Of a stretch of DNA of 64,000 nt, positions 54,800 through 64,000 are shown piece by piece. The DNA comes from Octopus sinensis (lineage: Eukaryota), in contig NC_043001.1 in NCBI RefSeq assembly GCF_006345805.1, positions 8,742,001-8,806,000 on the forward strand, written 5' to 3'. The number at the start of each line of letters is the position of its first letter. The stretch's first letter is position 1. The position numbers and the translations under genes were made by a program. The notes under the pieces were generated by a model. It did no database searches, was not told the DNA's origin, and saw only the letters and a program-made list of their open reading frames with translations.

Positions 54800-55251
54800 T
54801 ATGACTGTCCCAATCGACATAATTGTCTCTGTGAAGACGTTCCAAAAACTGAGCAAGTATAAAAATCTTGAAATAGAAATTGGCAAAATGTGGAACCTCA
54901 AGACTAAATCAATACCTGTTGTATTAGGTGCCCTCAGAATGATAGCAAAATGGGCTGAATGCTACCTAGCTGAGATACTAGGAAACACCAACATGGCAGA
55001 AATTCAAAAGATAGTGCATATGAGAACTGATCATATCCTACGTAAAATACTGTCTATGAAATCTCAAATTTTAAAACAAACACCTAAATTTCTTATGTTT
55101 TCTTAAATATTCTGTATGACACCTTGTTTCCTTAAATATGTTGTATAACACCTTGGGCATAACTCCAACATGAACTTCTAACTTGTTGTCGCTTGAGGTC
55201 TCTGGGTGAGACTTGGAGCCAAGTTTTACAAATACAAAACAAAAGTCAAAC

Positions 55252-55254
<3 letters not shown>
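54800..55254 (+). mobile_element. Dong/R4-like 3' end (subfamily A-related, older)
   Basis: ORF 54801-55106 is homologous to 48407-48667; 3' UTR similar to 48790-48893. Confidence 0.9.
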
Positions 55255-55317
<63 letters not shown>

Positions 55318-55449
55318 TAATAATAATATTAAGAGATATAGAAAAGCACTTAAACTATATCCTTCCCATCCCAAACAAGCCGTTCAAATATGTCCATTGG
55401 TATAACGATGACAACAGTTTTCTATCAATTTTCAGTTTAAAATACTCGT

Positions 55450-57830
55450 CTTTTGCAACTAAATTTTCGCTCTGAACATCCGTTAATTATAATCACAACA
55501 CGCACACTAATGGGCCAATTAAAAGAATGTTTACAAACTTCAGAAATACCCAGTCAAATTATTTCCACCAGTGAACTGAGACTAAATTTACAGAATTAAA
55601 CAACACCCACAATGCACAACAGGAATTAGTTTATATAAATTCTAGTAAATAATTATAGACGCTTGTAAAAAAACACATCACAAGAGGCAACACAGCAAAT
55701 ACACCTCCAGTTACTTATAGAAATAACCGACCTCATAAAACAAGGGACAACTTCAAACACAAGTCACTAACACCAAACACACCAGAAATAAAAAACCAAA
55801 ACATCAAATAAACCAAAGATAAAACAAAGATAATAAACCAGAGGAAAACAGAAAATTGGCAAAACATTTCTTATCCAACGAAAACTACAAAACAAGCTAT
55901 AAAATACAATATAATTAATGGCGTCAATAAGAACAGCAGAACGAACTACAACATAGCACCACATGTTATAATAATATCCTCAAATAACAAAAACATACCT
56001 CAACACAAAGTTAACACTTTCATTAAATATTTCTCTAAAGTTAGTAAAAAGTAAGTGGAATAACTTGCCGAACACAAACCAATGACTACTCACCTTGGCA
56101 CTAAATCCCATGCTCGCTTTACCCTCATCACCTGGAACTTGCGAAATACGCTAGAGACACAAGATTTTGCTGATCTCAATCTCAGACAAGATGGTGGACT
56201 TATCTTTGATGAAAATTTTCTCCGTGCTGCTAATCTCGGAGATCTTCTAAAATAAGTGGTCATGATACAACATCGTTAGTCATTAACCTTGTTTTTTACA
56301 GACATTAGATAAGCCAACATCTATATAAATATCTAAGGATCCAAAACTCTGCCGACTGACCAATCCGTAAAATTACATATGAAATGATTCTCTAACAATT
56401 CCAAATTCTTGTACGACTACAGACAACGATCTAGAATCTGATAATTCTGCAAAATCGTAATATTTCGAAAGATTTGCAAAATGCCAGCTGAAATGGTACA
56501 CCACCATATGCACACACCATCAAATGAACACACCACTATATACCTACGCTACCATATGCACACACTCATTCCCTTCAGAAGTGTTCATATTCGACATTAC
56601 TAAATTAAACATTCCCTAGTCCCAAGTACAAAAAGAATTTCCAAAGGCTTTCTAAAATCACTACCCAAGTTACTAAGACGAAGAGTACCTGACGGATTTA
56701 TCTATAAAGATCATATTATACACTGCATTCTAAACATTATCAACATCAGTTAATCTTTCACCTCTATTTCCTAATGTAAATTAAACACAGAATACTTAAG
56801 ACAATGCATAGCAAAGTTACTATCAGATTACCAATACGTCTAAAGCATACAAAAATAATACTTCTAAAAACATGCAATCACTCTCAGATTAGCCAGTATA
56901 TTCGGTTATAAAAAAAAAGAATTATTTATTCCCAATAAACACGTGCGCCAGCTACATCAGCTCAATTTCATGGGAAAATAATAAATTTCATATTCAAAAC
57001 CCTGCAGTTGTCTTCCACACAGAGCAGCACATCACTTGAAATTGAGTTGAATTTTCCTGGAACTCTGCAACAACAGATTTAAAATATAATCTACCAAACA
57101 CAATATCTTCATTGGCGGGGAAACATCAAATACGAACAACTATCACTTTCAGTAAATACTACAAAAACAGGATATCATATCATGACATCCATAGAACACA
57201 TACGCCGTAGTTACAAAGCAGACCCCCACGAAGTGCATACATAAAATGAAGTCTTAATGCAGAAATTGACAAGACTTCTAAAGGCTACCAAAATTTCTCT
57301 AACAGAAATAAAACAAAAACAATAATGGTGTGTGGACAATATATTGGATCCATTGTAGAATATGCAAGACCGTTCTTTGATCTAAACATCTGAGCAAAAT
57401 CTATTAAATGAATTACAAACATCATCATAGATTATACCTTATGATATCGTATTCTGTGCACTGGTTACATCCATAAGCTACACCATAACGAAACAAGGAT
57501 AGTAATAAAACAACGTTACCTTGACAAGGAATAGTCATAACGTATTTCAACAAACTGCAGCACTCACAGTTCTCATCACAACATGAAAAAAATCATTCCG
57601 AAACGAAGGACACAGAAACAACATTTAGAAAGACAAGTACTAAAGCAGTTTCTACATGCTGCAACTTCAATAACCTCATTAAATCTGAACACGGAGTTGA
57701 ACTATACACTAAAATATAAATTCAGAGGGACAAAACCCCAGCACTCTGGCAGAGCCTCCTTCGCCTGCTTTTGTTTATGGTCACCAAAAATCGTGCAAAG
57801 GCATCGTGTCAAGGAGAGAATCTGTATGTT
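55450..57830 (+). mobile_element. Highly degenerate LINE (I/Nimb/Jockey group) RT and C-terminal remnant
   Basis: A/C-rich plus strand; fragments QGSKTLPT, GQYIGSIVEYARPF and KLHHNETRI resemble PQGSxLSP, YKxxIRxxLEYAxPxW and LHxETxIL; boundaries uncertain. Confidence 0.5.
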
Positions 57831-58456
57831 GTTGAATGGCTTGCAATAAATGCCAATCAAATCTCCTTTAAATTACACACCTGTCATAAGAATTGACCAA
57901 TTACCTTTCGCATATATTTGAGCCAGTGTTTTAAATACCTTGAAGGCCTTCATCGTAAGTTTATTGATGGCCGAAGAGAGAATATATACAAGAAATATAC
58001 ACTTATACACACATATTCCTGTGTGGTGGGGGCCTATCTGTCATCTGGTCGCAAATTTGTTATAACTAGAACCAGAGAACTCCGTCGCACGGAGGTGCTA
58101 GATCAACATCTCCACCTACAGAACTGTCTGATAAGAGCTTATAAGTATATATAAACCGCAGCAGCAGCAACACTGACAATATGGTTGTTTATAAAAAAAG
58201 AGTGACTTAATGAGGCTTAACTGTTTACAAGAGTGGAACAGGATCTAATCTACCTTGGTGAATGAAGGATTTAGTTAAAGTCAACATTGAAAGTATTTAC
58301 TCACTCATATTCTTGAGTAATCTGTAAAGTACACAAGGGAATATATTTTGCTTTATAGACTGTGACAAATTTAGTACGATACCGACATAATAACTGAATA
58401 CCATCGATGTTACGGATTCTGCATAACTGATTATATTGGTACTAGTGGTAAAATCG

Positions 58457-58580
58457 TACTTATTTTATCGATCTCCAATTATGAAAAGCAAAGTCAACAT
58501 CGGCGGAATTTGAACTCAGAAAGCCAACTGCCCGAATAAATAATGCTAAGCTTTTTATCAGGCGCGTTTACGATTCCATA
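58457..58580 (-). mobile_element. Degenerate family M SINE fragment
   Basis: AAAGCAAAGTCAACATCGGCGGAATTTGAACTCAGAA. Confidence 0.7.
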
Positions 58581-59120
58581 GTAACGTGTACAAATATGTA
58601 TATAATGATAATGTGCACAACGGAAGAGATTTTCTACTTCTGAAAGTGTAGCATTTAATTGAACAATTATATAATAGGAGTAAAGGCTCTTTGCCAACAT
58701 AGCATGGTAGTCCTGGTTTAGGACGAATGTTGTAGTAATTTAGCCTCAGGGGATATCGTTTCCAGCTGGCTATGTGACACGATCTGTGTCCTTACATTTT
58801 TCGAACAAAGGTTGGCAAACAACCTTTAATCCAAAGTACTGTTGCTGAATATCTCACGTTGAGAGATTTAATAATAGTAATTTCCTAATTATATAATATT
58901 TACAATTTTATGCAGATTAAACTCTCAATAGTAGCATGAGAATTCATCGAAGTAAAATTATTATTGAAAATCTGCACAACTAAAGCACCTGTGTGTATTT
59001 ATGTGTGTATGCGTTGCTGCACGAGTGTATGTGTATGTGCAGTCGTGCATATGTGTTCATGCATATATAGCAGTGCGTATGCATGTATATATACATATAT
59101 ACATATATATATATATATAT

Positions 59121-59154
<34 letters not shown>

Positions 59155-59167
59155 ATATATATATATA

Positions 59168-59546
59168 TCTATATATAAACGGCAGTTTGTCTGTGCGTGT
59201 TTCTGTGTGTCTGTTTGCTTGTACCCTCACCCTGGCCACGGCTTTCAACCGATTCTGATGAAACTTGACACACGCATAGCCCAATGTCATAATTCAAAAC
59301 TAACGTAGCGAAAATTTTGAAAAGTTCCTCCAGTTCTGAAAAAAATCGATAAATTCGACATGGGGTCGAGAATCAGAAACACAAACCGCAAACTGTCTAG
59401 GGGACGCAACTCCACCTTTTTTCACTCTCAAAAAAAAATTACCATCATTTTTTTCCATTTTTTGGCTATTTTTTGGCTATAACTCTCTAAAAATGCTTTA
59501 TAGTTATTTCCTTACAAACCTGAGCAACGCCGGGCGATACTGCTAG
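59168..59546 (+). mobile_element. Non-autonomous Helitron with a different 5' segment
   Basis: A|TC start, hairpin plus CTAG|T end; 59430-59546 homologous to the other two Helitrons. Confidence 0.82.
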
Positions 59547-59550
59547 TATA

Positions 59551-59595
<45 letters not shown>

Positions 59596-59759
59596 ATATA
59601 TATATACATACATATATTCAAACATATATATGCGTGTGTGCGTGTGTGTGTTGTTTTTCAGTTGCCTGAAGTAATATCGAAAGGGGCTGGGGTAAACTAT
59701 CTGCATCAACTTGTTATAGAAGATGGTAGACATTTTACTTTGCATCTATTCTTAGTCCA

Positions 59760-60523
59760 AGTTTTCGAGTGTGCATTTCGATTTTAATAGTAATTTTTTC
59801 AAAGCTATAATAGAAGATGACAGAGGAGCATATTCGGCATATTTTCCTGCCTGAGTTCAATAAAGGCAAGAATACAACGGAAAGTTCGACGAATATTAAT
59901 GCTATACATAGGGATCGAAAAATAAGCGTAAGCTAGTGTCAAGGGTTGTTCCAGAAATTCTGAGCCTGAAACTCTAACCTGGATGATCTGAAGAACTCAA
60001 CGAGGACGTTCTGCAAACATTGATGGAGCAAAATCCAATGGTAAATGATAAGGAACTGGCAGAGAAGCTTGGATTTGTTCATTCAACTAGTCATTCAAGT
60101 CAGCATTAGAAGAAATACGACTATCGTTTCAAGACGAACGGTGTTCTTCCATCAAAATAATGCTCAGCCACATACAATGAGGATGGCATTCCAAATTCTG
60201 GAGCGGTTTGAATGGGAAACGATGCCCCACCCACTAATAATGCCGGCACATTGCCTCATCTGATTATCATTTATTCCCCAGTCTTGAAAATAATTTGGAC
60301 GGGTAAAATATGATTTCTCAACACACGGTCAGAACAGTACTGGAAGAGTGTTTTTCGTCACGGACAAGTGAATTTTGAAAGAGGAGCCTTGCAAGACTAC
60401 CAGATAGATGGAAGAGCATTGTAGAAAATGAAGGAGAGTATACTTTAGATAGCAAAAATAATTTTGTCTTAATTTTGAGATATAAAAGTATAAAAACCGC
60501 GTTATTTATGGGATGTCCCAATA
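59760..60523 (+). mobile_element. Internally deleted mariner (DD34D-type) element
   Basis: MTEEHIRHIFLPEFNKGKN..ELAEKLG..; HQNNAQPH..FEWETMPHP..SDYHLF..LPDRWKSIVENEGEY; terminal TTTATGGGATGTCCCAA|TA. Confidence 0.85.
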
Positions 60524-61079
60524 TATATAAAACCGTAAAAATTATCCAACGCCTAAGACGCATAGGAGAGATGAGAGTTTCTTCCCTGCTACCTCTAAAG
60601 ACCACAACCCACCCATGTTGGTCAGACATCCTCAAATGTAATCCCAACTGTGGTTACTTTAACGAAATATCTATAACCAGTAATATACGCATACACCACT
60701 GAACAATGATAGAGTCATTGACTCACACCAATAACTTACCACACCACTTGCAGCCTTCAATACAAAAAACCCTATATGTTGGTCGCAGCCAAAGTAACGA
60801 TGACATCCTTTACCAACACACGGGCCTACATATAAAGAAAATAGCCGGTGCTCCTTTGGCAGCTGTAATTCCATATGTTTTGAGTTAAACAATACAGGCC
60901 AAAACACCTAGAAGCTATCTTTAATTTTGTTCCAACATTGCATCATATATCCGAACATCTGACGGGATTCGCGAGTCGTAGCACCAATAAAATTTTACGT
61001 AATATGGAACTGGGTCAAACTCTTATCAAATACATATAACTCCAAATAAATGTGATGAATACTCATTTCCTTCGAAAGT

Positions 61080-61268
61080 TCATTCACTTCTACATTCATG
61101 TTTGTGTTTCACTTTCTGTGTGTATGTGTGCTATCATCTCTCTCTCCCTCTCTCCCTCTCTCCGTCTCTCCTCTACATACACACACACGCATATTATATA
61201 TATAATATATGTATAAGCATATATATATAATATATATATATATATATACGTCTGTATATATATGTGTG

Positions 61269-61351
<83 letters not shown>

Positions 61352-61352
61352 C

Positions 61353-61426
<74 letters not shown>

Positions 61427-61742
61427 TTTGTATCTATATTACTGTAATATATAGCATTGAATTTTACAGATTATGCTTGAGTGAATTCTAACTTGTCTTT
61501 GAATACAACAAAATGTTACACAATATAATGAAAATATTGCTATCGATTATTCATCCACAAGAATTCGTTTTTTCTAATTTTTTTTTATTTTTCGCAAGCA
61601 TCTTCAGAAACACATCCACTTGTGTATGCGTACATATATATCTATCTCCATCGATTCATTTATTAAAATACAACTTATATAAAATTGACTGTATATATTT
61701 TATTTATTTGCACATTTGATTCTACATACATATATTATGTAA

Positions 61743-61798
<56 letters not shown>

Positions 61799-61811
61799 TT
61801 ATATATATAAT

Positions 61812-61862
<51 letters not shown>

Positions 61863-62085
61863 TTTATATATATATATGTTTCTGTGTGTGTGTGGATATA
61901 TAAGTAAATATGCATATAGATATACATACATATCTATGTACATGCGTGTATATGTATGTATGAATATATGTATGTGTGCATGTATGTATGTATGTATGTA
62001 TATATGTATGTATGTATGTATGTTATGTATGTATGTATGTATGTATGTATGTATTATCTGCGTGTGCATGTGTGTATTTATTACT
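61080..62085. repeat. (CT)n/(TA)n/(TATG)n microsatellite blocks
   Basis: Direct inspection. Confidence 0.9.
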
Positions 62086-63104
62086 GTATTACGCAAACGT
62101 GTGTGTCTCTTCTACTGCGAAACAGAATTGTTCATCAGAAGAAATTTTTTAAAAAATTGAAACAATTTTAAAATGACTCAAAAAATGAAAAAATAAATAT
62201 TCGAAAGAAATTGTTAAAAAATAGGTACTGTCAAATTCCTTCGAATAAATACTCGCTGAAATATTGTGCGGTCCTTTTTTTCATTTATTAATTCGTATTT
62301 GTTTTTAAAGGGCTGCAAAATTTTCGGTTTTATGGCCTAAATTCATTTCTGATTTACATTTTCTTTTAAATTTACAACTTCGATAAATGAACCTGGCGTC
62401 CAATTTTAATTTTAGGCTTTCAATCGATGCAAATAAATTTTAGAGTCTTTTTTTTCAAGTTACCATTTTACAAATGTTTTCTGCGATCAATATATCGATT
62501 CGAAAATAATATAAAAAAATTTTAAAGTATTAAAAAAAAATCGAAGAGCAGAAAACCGAGAAAGAAAGCGAGCATGATTATTTATCGATTTTGTGATAGG
62601 TTTTGCAGAGTTTGGCCTCCTTCTCTTTTAATATGCCAATATTGAATTTTGCTTAAAGATAAACAGGTTATATTGATGTTTTTTCACCTATAAGATATAA
62701 ATAAAATATAAGAAATATGAAGAAATAAAACAAAACATAGCTAAACTAATAGTTACGTAAAATTGAAATGGAATACGAATTAAATATAGGCGATTATTCG
62801 AAATTTATGAATTTTCTGTTTTTTTTATATAGCTATAATTAGTTATCTGTTTTCTACGCTACAAGATATTTATTACTGGACACACGAGATTCTTGGCTTT
62901 CTGCTCGAATGACATTTCCTCATCTATTCCAAACAGAGATATAACAGAAGATTGTTATACATGCTTACATATATAATAAGCAAAAAGCCCACCCCTTCTT
63001 ACCTATGTATATCTGTGTGTGTCCGTGTCTCTTTCTGTGTATGCGTGTGTATATATATATAGACACATACATACATATATACATATATGCATATATATAA
63101 TATA

Positions 63105-63189
<85 letters not shown>

Positions 63190-63467
63190 ATATATATATA
63201 TATATACATATATATGTATATATATATAATATATATATGTATATATGTATATATTTGTATATATATATGTATGTATCTATATTATATATATGTATATATT
63301 AGCGATTATGCACACGCACGACCGTCCACAGACGCATAAGTGTATATAGAACTATACGTACATACACATATATCTAGATATATGTGTATTCAGGTGTATT
63401 CATATATATGTATATATATATACATATATATAATATATATATATGTAATATATATATATTATATATA

Positions 63468-63510
<43 letters not shown>

Positions 63511-63651
63511 TATATCCATGCACACAAACACACAAGCGCTCTGGTATGCATATATGTAAACACACTTATTAACGAGATATTTATTTGCTCGCTTGAGAAC
63601 CACTCACGTGAAACTGGGAATTGCCATCTGTGAAGTTTCATATGCAAAGTA

Positions 63652-63653
63652 AC

Positions 63654-63714
<61 letters not shown>

Positions 63715-63968
63715 ATATTGGATAAAATGTGACGTCTCGAATAATGATAACAACAGCAAGAAGGAGATGGAGGAGGAGAAGAAGAAGTAGAAGAAGAAGA
63801 AGATGAATAAGACGAAGAAGAAGAAGATGATGAAGAAGACGAAGAAGAAGAAGGAAAAAGAAGAAAAAGAAGAAAAAAAAAGAAGAAGAAGAAGAAGAAG
63901 AAGAAGAAGAAGAAGAAGAAGAAGAAGAAGATAAAGAAGAAGAAGAAGAAGAAGACGACGACGACGAC
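63652..63968. repeat. (TAG)n, (GAA)n and (GAC)n microsatellites
   Basis: Direct inspection. Confidence 0.96.
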
Positions 63969-64000
63969 AACAAAGAACCACTCCTGCTATAACAGCCGAA

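Noticed and set aside
58115-58165. CTGATAAGAGC..ATAAACCGCAG, possibly a decayed HHR
   Set aside because: Too many core mismatches.

Overview
AT-rich, microsatellite-dense eukaryotic DNA. It is most likely an Octopus/cephalopod intronic or intergenic region, inferred from the tRNA-derived SINE families and the repeat landscape. No host protein-coding gene can be identified. Nearly all ORF-track entries are translations of (TA)n/(CA)n/(TAA)n tracts, and the only recognisable protein sequences are transposon remnants. These comprise a stack of Dong/R4-like RLE retrotransposon 3' ends in (TAA)n tracts (45.3-55.3 kb, also 0.1-1.9 kb), RTE and I/Jockey-group LINE remnants, a zinc-knuckle ORF1 remnant, mariner/maT remnants, three non-autonomous Helitrons, several SINE families and a 5S rRNA pseudogene. 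The most notable unexplained structure is a set of hammerhead-ribozyme (HHR) motifs from four unrelated repeat families. The best example is a near-identical 329-bp direct repeat at 33.7-34.6 kb in which each copy carries an intact type I HHR 476 nt apart (retrozyme/Penelope-pLTR-like). A second is an inverted-repeat element enclosing a tRNA-like Pol III promoter that points into an HHR. All alignments, folds and translations were done by eye; family names are tentative and coordinates of degenerate elements are approximate.
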